Shown piece by piece: positions 51,605-64,000 of a stretch of 64,000 bases of DNA (positions are counted from its first letter, which is position 1; every line of letters starts with the position of its first letter). Location: positions 2,356,001 to 2,420,000 of the forward strand of contig CM102288.1 in NCBI GenBank assembly GCA_046563655.1. The letters run 5' to 3'. This DNA is from Yuukianura sp. NJ FZ-2021. Taxonomy: Eukaryota. The notes under the pieces are model-generated. The model was not told the origin of the DNA. It searched no databases and saw only the letters and a program-made list of their open reading frames with translations. A program made the position numbers and the translations under genes.

Positions 51605-53033
51605 ATGAATACTTGTCGAGTGAAGCTTACCATTGGCAGGACTGGCGACAATGTCGCCAGGGAGCGTGCCTTGGTTCCCCCGAAGGTTGGATATGGTTAC
51701 AACGAATACTTGGGAAAGCAAACTTGTCTACCGCCACCGACCAGACCGAAGTACCGGAATGACGTTGAAAAGTTAGTGAAACGTTAACTAAATTTGTATG
51801 AGGTCAAAGGTCAACGTTTTCAACTCTTACCACATTTTCCTTTCAGACCACGCGGAGCTCATGACTACTACAACATCATGTGGGATCCGCATGTCTACCG
51901 TGGAAAAACTTACAAACCGTTTCAAGAGGTACAAATGCTAAAACTTCCCGTTTTTCAATTTCAAAATTTTGCAGATTTTGCAAATAATTTTCCAAATTTT
52001 GAAAAATAGGTCGAACGAGAGCGTGCAAAATGTTTACAAGACGCAAGAAAATACCATGTACGTCGTCGTCGTGCAAATCGGTTCACACCAATCGAAATTC
52101 CAAAAACACCGCCACCGCCGCCCGTGAACAAATATGTCGTCAGTTTGGACCAATTTCTGATTGAGCAACTGCCGGAACTCGTCAAATGCGACATCAGCGA
52201 GCAAACAGACGACATCAATCGGAAGAAACCGATTAAGCCCGAAGTCATGGCCAAAAATGGTTACGACGTGGCTACAGAGATCCTTCCAGGAGAAATGTTC
52301 ACTTTTGAAGAAGAGGCGGAGCCAGTAGTTACTGCTGTCGGTGCTAAAGTACTGGAACAGTCTCTGCGTGAAACTGTTGAAGAGGAGGAGCTTATGGCTC
52401 TACGTCAAGAACAAAACGAATACCAAGAACGACGACGTCTTGAAGCTCTGCGTCTCAAACGAATTGAAGAAAGATGTCAAACGTATTTGAAACGTTCAGA
52501 AGAACTGCTCAAGATTGGTCAAAAGAAACGCGCCAAGGAAATTGCAGTGGAGAAACGTGTTGGCGCGAGAATGTTTGCCAAATCGTACCTCAAATTACTC
52601 ACGCCGCAATTATTTGAAAAACTGCACAAAGAAGGATTCTTTCAATCTGTTGACGAAGAAGGTAAGGGAATGCCATTTTGAATATCGCGCCGAAACAATA
52701 GGCAACATTCTACGACAGGGCGAAAACTACTTTTCAAAATGTGCGAATTTTAAAAATTTGTTCTTTGTTATTGCAGCGTTGAGACGCATTTGGGCTCCTT
52801 GGGTCAACGACGCCGTGGGAGTGGAGCTTTGCAAGAAACTTTTGGCGGGAGAAGTTTTGGACCGTACGTTTTTGAATTCTAGTAAAATTTTGAAAATTTT
52901 CGTAATTTTTCATAATTGTGTGACTTTTGCAGTGCTGATCCAAAATTTATGTATGGCTCGCGAAACGGAGTATGCCGTTGGTCGGCTCCATGAAGCCGGT
53001 GATACTGAAATTCCTGGAGAAGGTGACCCTTGA
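51605..53033 (+). CDS. RSPH3: Radial spoke head protein 3 homolog (divergent)
   Basis: NIMWDPHVYRGKTY, and GYDVATEILPGEMFTFEEEAEPVV..VLEQSLRETVEEEELMALR followed by a coiled coil, matching recalled RSP3 blocks. Confidence 0.82.
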
Positions 53034-54382
53034 CCCGACCCAAGCAGCACAAAAGCGTTGCCAAATCTGCGCCCATTCTACTCGCCCAAGAAACAATAAG
53101 CAGCAACAACTTCGCCCAATTGCCAAAAATTAGCACACAATGCTGCCAGCAATATGTCAATTCCTACATTCCTTGTCCCAGTATTCCTTTTTGTTTATAA
53201 ACCGTAAGGTGTGGTCTCTCTCTGTCTGCTTAAGTAGTTTGGTTAGCCAAAATATTAATCTAAAATCCATTCAAAATGTTTAGTATCTCTATCCTCTCGT
53301 TCGATAATTGGCAAAACCCTTTCATCTTGGTCTTTTCCCAGTAAACCGCCTCATCCCCCTACCTCCCTATGATCATAAATTGCAAAATGCATGTCATAAG
53401 GTTATTGTGAAACAGGTTAAGTGACAAGGATCCCAAAAAATGCCGTTTTGACTTCCATTCCCACCCCACCACTACAAGCTGAGCAGTGGGTAAACTTCCA
53501 AGACTTTACTAACACCCAAACAGCTGAGAGCTTAAACCAAGAACTGATGAAGTTGATGATGAGAAAAGATTTAACCGTTGGACTTCACAAAGATTAATGC
53601 TAAACTGATCATGATTTGTGATAATGTGTGGGGATGGGGAAGTCCATTTTTTGCCAAACGGAATCATTACCGCCTGCAAAAAATTACAATTCCGCAAAAA
53701 AGGCATCTTTTTTGTTTGCAAATTGAAAGCGCCGTTGCGGCGATGTTTGTGGCTACTAGGGTTCGCTCAAGTTGGCAACATTGGGGAAATATTTGAGTGC
53801 AGACTGAGAAAAATAGAGTGCATTTATAGCATTGCATTGAAGTGAGTGGAGGAAAAGCCTAGCGGCCACATCGTCACCATTTTCCCCTTGCGTACCAAAA
53901 CAATTGGAATTTTCACAATAGGCAAAAACACAAGATCTTTACTTCAGTTTATAAGTTAATCACATAACAAGTTCCTCTCGTTTCTTCCCCCTCTCCCTTG
54001 ATTAGTTTATTAATTACCCTTGAATTATGTGATTCACAGTTTTGGATACTCTGTAAAGGTGGAGGCAGCTTGATCTTGGAATGACTGACTGAACAGGTTG
54101 ACTTTACTACTGATACCATAAGCTAACCAAGGGAGCTCTCTGTTCTGATAAATTTTGTGTTCAATTAGTGTAACTAATTATTGTTTGTGTAGTTTTGTAT
54201 CATTAACATTAGATTTAGGAAGTTCCAGAGATCAGATCCGGGATAGCCAGCTGTGATGTGTGTTTTGACGACAGTGGACGGATTGCGGTAATCAGAAGTA
54301 GAAATTCGAACTGAATCGACGATTAATTGAATCGAAGTGTTTAAAGTGTGTGATTAAAGACTGACTTGGATGTAAAAAGCAA

Positions 54383-56822
54383 ATGGGTGGTAACTTGGCC
54401 AAAGGTGGAACTTCATTTTTAGAGTCACTGCCAGGAGCTCAGGTAAGGTCATCATATTTCAAATTATTAATTGAAGGTCATCAAAATAACTTTAATGGTG
54501 GTATAGGTAATCGTTAATCCGTTGCGCTGAGAATTTCGCACACCAAGATGTCACCTACGCAGATGCACCTTCGTTTTGTTTCATTTCCTCGTCCAATGAT
54601 TCAATGATTAGTTTAGTTCCGGTTTGTAGTTTTTAGCAGTTTGCAAATGAATTTCGAGGGTGGTACTTCATAATGGTGAAGGTTTGTTAATTTTTCAGTG
54701 GTTTTGCAAGTCGCAGCATATTAGGTTTTTTAGGTAGCATATGCATTGTGCAGTCGAGTCATGGGGTCGTAAGTTACGACTCGTAAGTTTTTGTATTTGT
54801 AAAACATGTTACGTAACACCACAAATTTAAGTACAGTCGAGTTTAAGCAGCAAGAGGAATGGTTTTGAAATCAAAAGTTTGTTTTAAGATCAGTTTGTAC
54901 GATTAAGCCTTAACTGAATGAGCAATTATTCGGATGGGTGAGGAATGACTCATTAATCTTTCTGTCTCTAAGCTCTTGTTACGCGCATTTAAGATGAGAG
55001 TTGACCTACTTCCTAATTGAAGCACTTACAAAAATACTGCGAAATCCAATCTCCGTGAAATACCTTATTACTGCTATTACATAGGAAGATGCACCTAGTG
55101 GAACAATTTTATATGCAATTTTGACAAGTACTTAAAAAGTTGACAAAAGTTTAATCTTTGTCCTTGTATTTCTCTTTTTTGCAGAGTCCACATCACATTG
55201 TCATGGTTGGATTGGATTCAGCTGGAAAGACTACTGCCTTGTATCGCCTCAAACTGGACTCCTACTTGAATACTGTAAGAAGAACTGCTTGACTTCATTC
55301 TGGATTTCCTGGAAAACCTAAAATACAAAGCCTTGTTTGTTGCGAAAACATGAAAACAGTGATGGCATTTAAAATTCCACTTAACCATTCATTTCCACTC
55401 GGCCTAATCTAATCTTACCCCCGTTTTTGCTAAAAAGTACTTCGTTTTTTGCACCGATGCACAAAGCACAAGTACTTTGAGTAACCGCAGTAAAATGGAA
55501 ATCCAGATGCTAGTCAATACACAAACAACAGCCATGAATAGAAATTTTTAAAGTGAAGATTTAATTGGTACTTTTTTGGTTTGTCATTTCCAGGTCCCGA
55601 CAATTGGTTTCAATTGTGAGCGCGTGAGGGGTTCAAAGGGGAAGTCAAAAGGAGTGAATTTTACAGTTTGGGATGTTGGAGGACAGGTTAATTGACAATT
55701 GAATGATTCATTTTAAATTAACTTTGGTTTGTATGCATGTTGATGATGGTAGTGGGTGAATGGGAAGCGGATGCTGACTCTATAGTGCTCTGTGGACCAA
55801 AATGTCGGAGGTGGTGGAAGTAATTAACTTGCCTATCTTCGAGTGTATCATTTTGGACGTTTCGTTCGTGCTTGTGAAGCTGATGCATGATGTTGTGCAA
55901 ACTGAAGTTCCGAGTGAACGAAGTTCTCATTTATTTTGGCATCAACCCATTGTTTTCAGTAGCACTAAAGACTAGAAGCCTATGAGAACAATCCTTGATA
56001 TCTTCCTGGATATGGAAGCCTTGCTTCATGATCTTGAGTCACCCAATTGAGTTAACAAGGAAATCTTAACTCAGTCTTACAGCTTTCGTCATCGTTTTTT
56101 CTCAAGCTTGACCTTTGATATGCTCTTTCTTCGTTTTTGTCTAAATCTTTTGCTTAAACTTTCTTGGTGCGCTGATATTAGCAGCAGAAAAAGAGCTGAG
56201 GTTGGCCAAAATGTTCGCGTGTGTGACTGAGTCATTCGTCAATGTCTGGAGATGTTTGTGTCAGAAGTTATAAATGACGCCGAATTTTTAGTAATGTATT
56301 ATGCAAGCACGTTGCGCTGAATCTAATTTCTGCTCTGTTATTTTTTCATTTTGTAGGAAAAGCTGCGTCCCCTGTGGAAATCCTACACGCGTCATACTGA
56401 CGGAATCATCTTTGTCCTGGACTCGGTGGATGAGGAGAGATTTGAAGAGGCCAAAGTTGAATTAATCAGAACAGTGCGATCTAATGATAATTTAGGCGTT
56501 CCACTTATGCTATTAGCAAACAAGCAAGACTTACCAGGAGCAATGGAGCCACATCAAATTGAAACTGTTCTGCAGCTCAGAGAAACGTTACATAATACGC
56601 TCTACCATGTCCAGCCCGCCTGTGCCATTACTGGTGAGCGTCTCAAATGAAATGGAAAATGATTTGGAGAATTCAATTTTCAAAATTTCATCCTTTGTGA
56701 ACTGAAATTTTAACTTTGCTTTTGATTTTTGAAATCTAGGTGAAGGTTTAGATGAAGGAATTGAAGTTCTCTACGAAATGATATTAAAGCGACGGAAGTT
56801 GAAAAAGCAGCGGAAGAAGTAA
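54383..56822 (+). CDS. ARL4: ADP-ribosylation factor-like 4 small GTPase (5 coding exons)
   Basis: MG myristoylation start, [43 protein letters not shown], basic tail [11 protein letters not shown]. Confidence 0.93.
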
Positions 56823-58271
56823 GAAAAAGAGCGGCAAGCGGAATACAAAAACGTTTTTTGAAGTTTTTTTGTCGATTGAAAATCTCCTTCACTGCATAGT
56901 CTCCAGTGCTAAAACTGCGCAGCATCACCACCACCGCCATTGCATCCTAAAACCTCTGTTTATACCAGATTTATGTTATTATATTACATTTAGGTCCATG
57001 TATATTTATATTTTGTTATTTTGTTCAACCCTAGTAGCACACTCATCACTCAACCGGATACTAAATCCGAAACTAGACAATCAGTTTCTATTTTTTCTTT
57101 TTCTCCAAAAGTTACTAAATTAATTACTTGTATCCAATTAATTAGTTGTGTTAAGTCCAACAAAGTACATGTGAAACTTAAGTTTGGATTAATCCTACCA
57201 CTTTACACTTAAATTTAGACGTTTAGTAACATTTAACTTAACTTAACTGACAACAACGTTAAACTCTGCTCACTGATGACAAAGTATTTATTGAAAAAAA
57301 AAACGCTAGCCACAAAAGCCTACCATTACCTTTACTACCTTCGCAGTTTTTTTTTCAAGGCTCAGTTTAATTTTTAGTCTTTTTGTGTTTATATTTTTAA
57401 GAAAAGTATCGTTTTTTAGATAAATTTTGCGTTTTTTGTACCGTACCGCCGTACCGTCAAAAAATACGTCGCCATTTTTCGAAATCTTACGGTAGAAAAA
57501 AGAACTTTTTTTTTAAATTCTTCTTAAATTATTCGGTACTAGCGAGAAAATTTTGTAAAAGAGAAGCGAGATAATCAATTTAAAATCTAAATTAATTAAA
57601 TAAGAAGTTGTTGACAATGCACTGGTAGAAAAGTTAACTTTTTATAAGGAAGAAAAGTAATTAAAATGAGAGCATTTATTAATTAAAATAAACTGGAACG
57701 ATAGTGATTCTCACAACGGACGTTTTTTTTTGTTTCTTTCAACTGCGTTACATAGAACTTTCGCATTTATTTCTCTACGTTATTTAGTAAATAGTAATTA
57801 ACTTTTTAAATTATTTTTATAAATATTTTACGAAAACTTTTTTTTGTGCTACTTGGGAGTCTCGTTGTAAGAAAATGAGAAAGTACAAAGATGACAAAAA
57901 GACTTGGAAGAGAGCTTAGCTTGACCTTTTAAGTTAAATTATTAACGTTAACTAAATGGTGAAATTATAAAGTCTACATTCTAAAGTCAGGATTCTATAA
58001 GTAACTCCATGCCTTAATTACAGGCAGTGTGTAGTAGCGAGATTTTTAACGTTAACGTTGTGGGTCAAGGTCGTCAGGAAGTAAAGGCGGACCTGGTCAC
58101 GACAACAACGCTAATTTGTGATGCAAGGACTAAACTATTAAGAACGTATAAATTAGTATCTGAGATTATCGATATCAAATCTGTACGTGGTTCGTCCATC
58201 TTCTGAGTAATAATGTAGCGGTGGACGCTAGGTTCTGGAAGTATTGAGTTTAAGAACGACAACAGTGACAG

Positions 58272-59358
58272 TCAAATGTTGCGACGAATGTAGACGACGC
58301 AAGCAACAACAACGGCCAGAAAGGCACAACAGGCCGATACGCTGTAAGCGACATCAAGCGAGGATCGGAGGACAACGACCTGTGAAAATCAAATGCTAAT
58401 TACAATTGAGTGTTGATTGAGGAAGATGAGCTCAAGGTCGACATGTTTTGGGAGACATTGGACATGCTATGCTTGTTGTTGTTGACATACCCATCCGCCA
58501 TGATTGTGCACCCACTCGGAAACGGTGGTGGTGATGTATTGCAAGGACCACGTGATTAGACTTGAGAATATTTCTCGGTAGCCTCTTCGAAGTGCCTCCA
58601 AGGCTACATCGGCACAAAAGAAAAACAACACCAAGATCCTCTCTCGTGTCACTCCACCTTCCTAATTTTAGAATAGTAAACACACACAAAAAACGGGTTA
58701 TCATTGTCAACAACAAGATTACTTAATGAACAGCCATGAACTTTTGGTCATGAGAACTTAATAACCTAGACAGTATGTTAAGTGAATGACACTTGGCAGA
58801 TTACCTGAAAGAGCTCTTGTAACAACCTGAGAAAATTGTCATGGTCCAAAAATTCCATGCTTCCGGAAACTTTTTGGGCTCGTCGACGGACGGATTCTCT
58901 CTCAGGACTTCGTGCAAATGCATCCGCCATCATTCGTAACTCACGCCCTGCTCGTGTCCAGTCCATTAATCTAAACCCATCAAAAATATTCGTTAGAAAA
59001 GCTAGCACGACCATTAATGTGATTGAAACGTAAGGCAATGTTTTGTTACATCTTACTGAGCAGGCGTCGTTGGATTGATATCTGGTCTTGGACATTCTGG
59101 AGGCAGAACCAATCCTTCATCGGTCACTTGAGAATATAAAAAGTCCAAATACAAGTGTTGCCCCTCCACGGCATCTTCATGTATCTCCTCCTGCTCTTCT
59201 TCAGTCAGCGGTTCTTGGTCAGCAGAATAATAATAGCCGTTGGTCCCGTTGATTTTAGGAAGACGATCTTCGTCTTCGTCATCGCCACCTCCACCAATTC
59301 CTCTGCCGCTTCCGCCTTGGAAATAAGGCGCAGCCATTTCTGATAATTTCTTCACCAT
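58272..59358 (-). CDS. BCL-2 family protein, Bax-like (4 coding exons)
   Basis: BH3-like GRELRMMADAF, BH1-like ELFQ|EGGVTRERILVLFFF, BH2 WVHNHGGW, C-terminal TM ending YIRRNI. Confidence 0.85.
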
Positions 59359-60254
59359 AATGTCTGAATTTCAGTCGTTTGGGTACGTCGAACTTGCAGT
59401 TTTAAGTGTAATTCGGCCAGAGTTCAGTCTCACATTCTTTTGAGCAATCGCAGTCAGTGTCTACGTAAAACAAGCAAAAACAAAATATACTACATAACAT
59501 AAAAGATAAAAGATGTAGTTAAATCTTTACAAACAAATGTCATACTCGTAAGCATATTACGCAACATCAGTTTTGCCGCCCATCATTGAACTAACAGAAC
59601 AAAGAATGACAAACGACTGGAAAACGTCAGGCATACGACCAGATAAATTTGAACAAACCGGAACAAAGGTTGACAACCCAAAACAAAACTTATAGTACGA
59701 ATTGTTTAACTTACCGTTTGACCTTTCACAATTCCTGTGACACTTGATAATGGAATGTCAGTTTAAAAGGAATACCGTTAATCGATGGGAGGCACTTCGG
59801 TGAAGAATTAACTGCAAAATCGTTGAGGATCACATTTGACAAAGGTCAAAGAGCGGGAGTCGTCAACTCAAGTGTCCATGAAAGAAACAAATTGAAAATG
59901 ACACAAATTCGATTTTGTTTTTTAAGAAAGTCTAACAAAAAGTTACCACGCAAAAGCTCAGCTGAGATTTACTTATTTCACCTTGCAGAGCTGGGCACAT
60001 TTGAGTAAAATAGACATTACAATAATAATTTTTTTAAAGTTCAAAGTTCAAGTGCCAAAATCAGTTTTAATTAAATTTTTAATGAATCAACTTTTTAATG
60101 ACAATATTGAAAACTATTTCAATTTGTACACAACTAGACTAAAGCCCATTGAAAACTATAAGTTTTAAATTTTTGATAACATTGCGTAATACATTTTCTA
60201 CTGCGTAACAATGAACTCTCGTAACCTTACTGCTCGAGGTCAATGGCCTTGACC

Positions 60255-60593
60255 TTAACGAATCCAGAGACATCTAGAGTAGCAATGATACCATACTCTA
60301 CAATCGGAGTCCCTTGTACATGTCTTGTAACTTTCCCAAGGTCCCTTGTTAACTGAATTCGAAGTCCAGCACCAGTTTGGCGCTCCACTTCCGCAATGGG
60401 CCCAGCAGTACCCCCCTCTACAGCCAGTTTCAAATCTCCCGGGCGGTTTGTTGACATGTCGCTTCAGTACGGCTTCCATTCCTGCTGCAAATCCTGTCCC
60501 GGCAGACCCACCTTCTACGGTTTCCCACAAACTTACGGACAGAAACAACGCCACGACAATTGCAACTGTAAAGGATCCTGCGAACTTCAACAT
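60255..60593 (-). CDS. Secreted 8-Cys peptide precursor (Tha p 2-like cysteine pattern)
   Basis: Intronless 112 aa: signal peptide, KR dibasic site, GCRGGYCWAHC..NWCWT..TCTRDSDCRVWYHCYSRC. Confidence 0.75.
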   Translation of the reverse strand: MLKFAGSFTVAIVVALFLSVSLWETVEGGSAGTGFAAGMEAVLKRHVNKPPGRFETGCRGGYCWAHCGSGAPNWCWTSNSVNKGPWESYKTCTRDSDCRVWYHCYSRCLWIR

Positions 60594-62763
60594 TTTTCCA
60601 AAAGAAATTCAAAAAAAAATACTTCCAAATTTTCTAAAAAGTCAACAAATGAGCCAAAAGCCAAAATTTGTTTGTGAAACTTTACTTTTTGGGAGTTCAA
60701 ATGAATCCTTAAGTATAATTTACACAACAGCATCGCGGATCAGTGTCAAAAGTTATGCAATTTCGTTTATTTTTTGAATTATCTAAGAAGTTGTGCTGAA
60801 AATGTTTAAAATTATTTTGAAATAATTTTGGACGCGGTCATCCTTGCTGTTTTCTTTTTCTTCGAAATTGCAAAACTAAAAGATTAGCTTCCCAGAAAGT
60901 GGCGACCTTTTGACACTTCGTGCGACAACAAGCTTGAAATTCGTGGAATTAAAAAATCGCTTTCAAAATTTTTAATTTTCGACGAAAGTTTTCTTTTCTT
61001 TTCTCGTTTTCTTTTCATCTTTCCTAAAACGAAAAAGACTTCGTCCAGCGTCCCTGAAATCGAAATGTACAAAGTTAAAAAATCAAAACGTGATTGCCGG
61101 AATACATATCTGTTTATGTCAGCTTGAGTTTGGTGACAATCCGGCTACCACCGGGGATAAAAATAATTTCGTCAATCTGTTAAGAACAACATTGAAAATC
61201 AAAACACAATTTTAACAATAAGCTATTCTGTACTTTTTTTGCGCTTTTCATGGCAGTAGCAGCGCAGCGCTCGAACTTGAATTTAGGAGTGGACTACAGA
61301 CTTTGTGGACTCTGTCCAGTCCAGTGTTAATAAACTTGACCAAAATAGACTATTATTTGCAAACACGTTGCAATCATGTTCGAATCAGCACAACAGGTTC
61401 AAAAGTATACAATTTTTTCAAGAATTGAACACTCACAGTCCAAGTGCTTCCTGTAGAGTCCAACTTAATTCCTACAAGAGGTGACACAGAGGTCAAAGGA
61501 TTTTGACAACATTAAATTCGCATTGTCATTACATTCACTGGACTTGAATCATCAAAACTTTTGCATGTGCTCAGTGAATGCCCGCCCACAACATTGCACG
61601 AGGGAAGACCATTACCTAACTCAAACGTGCAAAAAAAAATTGCACAAAAAACCTTTCCTTAACACGTCGCCTTGTGTGCGAATTTGGACGACGAAAGTCG
61701 GCTTATGAAAGTCAATGCCACGTCTTCTAGAGGTGGAATGGTCTCATCCTCTCATTTTAGCATCACACCATATCTCTTACTGTGCAAAAAAAAGTGCGCA
61801 GAAAAATTTGCACTTCCAGACTTGAATCACCCGATCCTACAGATTTGAACTTCAGCCCCACTTTCCTTTTGTCCCTGCAGTTTAACTAGAGTTAAAGTCC
61901 AAGTTAGGTTAGGTTAATATGAGTGGAGCGGATTTGCGAATTTGTGAATATGCGAATAATTTGCCAATTCACCCATGCTACTGCTCCTGCCATTCACACG
62001 TATGTCGGCTGTTCTTGTGTATGTGATGATGTCAAAATTTGGAAAGTGGCCTGTTGTTGGCTGGTTGCGAATCTTACGATCCTCCAGAACCACGTGGGAT
62101 TTTGCCAAAGTGGGGAAGAGTGGTGAAAAGTATTGGCGTTTTTTAGGTTAGGGAGTTTCTGCGTTAGGTTTGGTTCTTTTATAAAAGTAAGGTTAGGGAG
62201 TTTCAGCTGTAGCTTTTAAGGTTGGCTGATGCCAAATAGGGAATAAAAGGCTCCTTCACCACCGTCTCTTTCTTTCTTGTTTGCTTTCCTCTGGAAGCGA
62301 CTGGATCCGGTAAAGAAAAAAGTTCTGGAGTGAAAATTTTCCACTGAAATTGGCGAATTTCCAGTTAAATTCTATTCATTCCAATTGTGTAACAAAAAAC
62401 AACAAGGTTAAGGTAATACCATTTTTCAAATTTTTCACTACTGTTTCCACTTTTTGAAAAAATTTTAACAAAATTTGACAAAAATTAAAGAAAAAACTAA
62501 AAATTGTTAAAACGTAAACGCCGCGACATAAAATTTTTAGTTTATGGAAAAAAAATACCTAGGCAGTAAATTTTTTTTTTGTAATTGGCGTCTTACTTTT
62601 AAATATTTTTGCCAAATTCTAAATATTGTAGCATTGATTTTTTTTTAGATTTCAGTCATAAATTTTTTTAGTGTTAGTCTAACTTTGTGTTTTTTTATGA
62701 AATGTGTTGAAATTTTTTGAGTTTACGACGTGTGTAAAACGTTTTGGTGTTTGTTACAGAAAA

Positions 62764-64000
62764 ATGGCTCCGACGAGCACAACTACGACGTTGACTCCTA
62801 TTCCATCTCAAACCATCTTCCAATCAGAACCAATTCGGCAACGAAATGGCAGTAGAAAAACTACTGGCAGTACCACCAGCACTCCTGAAATTGATGAAGC
62901 GACAGTTTTGGATCTAGAAGTTCCCACTAAAATTGTATGGCGAAATGTAGCTCTGTTTGCATACCTTCATGTGGCTGCTGTCTATGGTCTCTACCTCTTC
63001 CTCACGGCTCAAGTCAAATGGCAAACGTTTCTCTTGGGTAAGATTGCATAGATTCAATTAATAATTCATTAATCTAATTAATAATTACAACATTAATCAT
63101 ACAAATAATTAACCCAAACCATCACTTTCGGGTCAAAGGTCACACAGTTGATTTCCCAAAAGCAAAAGCATGAGAGTGGAGAGTGATGAAATGCATCGAA
63201 TTGAGAAAGCATAGAAGTGAGATGTGCAAAAAATAAATTCGCACACTTTCAGCAAAGGGCAAGCGCGCAAAAAATCTCCGTTCCGAGCACCACGTCCTGG
63301 ATATGTGCTTGCTTCAATTTGACCTTGACTCGGTCCTGTTGCGAGCAAAGTTTCTTTTCCATGTTCCAAAAAAGCATTGCGCAATTTAACCAACTTTCTT
63401 TTGCGCTTTTACTTGTTCAAAACGCGAGTCAGTTCAATTCCCAGAAGCTGAGAATTTTGTCTTAATTTGAAAAGAATTAATTAAATAATTACAATTAGCG
63501 AAACCAATTATGGACTTTTTTAACGTTCTTGTAAAACTTTTCCCACATGACGCTTTCACTAGTATGAGAAACTCTCACAAATTATGACGCATTTTGTGGA
63601 AAAATTCAAAGATTTGCACGATTTCGTCAAAATTAGTCAGACATAAGCTATAAAACTGAGGCGATGATTAAAATCGCAAAATTTTAAATTTGCTTTGGAA
63701 AAAGTAAATTTTTGCTAGGTATTTTTTTTTGCATTGATTCTCCGGGTTAAGAAGGAAAGCTATAAGGAAGCGATGCTAAAAATTTTCCATAAACACATAA
63801 AATTTTTGCACAAACATTCTAATTTTGATGTTTTTGGATTCCAGGAACTGTGTATTACTTTATGAGTGGTCTTGGAATTACCGCTGGTTGTCACCGGTAC
63901 TGGGCTCATAAATCCTACAAAGCCAAATTGCCACTCCAAATTCTTCTGACGATTTTCCAAACTGTTGCGTTCCAAAATTCGATTCATGAATGGAGTCGAG
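62764..64000 (+). CDS. Acyl-CoA delta-9 (stearoyl-CoA-type) desaturase, 5' part; continues beyond the window
   Basis: KIVWRNV..YLHVAAVYG, then an exon from about 63845 giving GLGITAGCHRYWAHKSYKAKLPL..AFQNSIHEWSR (first His box). Confidence 0.93.

Overview
Gene-dense, AT-rich eukaryotic DNA with many short GT-AG introns. The gene content and intron style suggest a compact arthropod genome such as a springtail (Collembola); this is inference only. About 26 protein-coding genes are supported. Conserved genes: ALG3, Tps1 (TPS-TPP fusion), an EGFRAP/PVRAP-like SH2 protein, GAPDH, SLC25A11, PXYLP1, an M13 neprilysin, PDE12, RSPH3, ARL4, a Bax-like BCL-2 protein and the 5' part of a delta-9 desaturase. 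Accessory clusters lie between them: (i) six paralogous small 4-TM genes I cannot assign to a family, with a hypervariable first loop and a shared upstream X-box-like (RFX) motif; (ii) three tandem intron-containing WS/DGAT acyltransferases; (iii) two secreted, probably GPI-anchored beta/gamma-crystallin-like repeat proteins next to a Ly6/uPAR gene; (iv) an intronless divergent ionotropic-receptor-like gene and an 8-Cys secreted peptide. Non-coding signals include a two-copy hairpin element whose arms covary, strong enrichment of AGGTCA direct and inverted repeats, a 14-nt microexon and a GC-AG intron. I recognised no rRNA, tRNA, CRISPR array or autonomous transposon. All family assignments come from recalled motifs, not database searches, and exon boundaries were read by eye.
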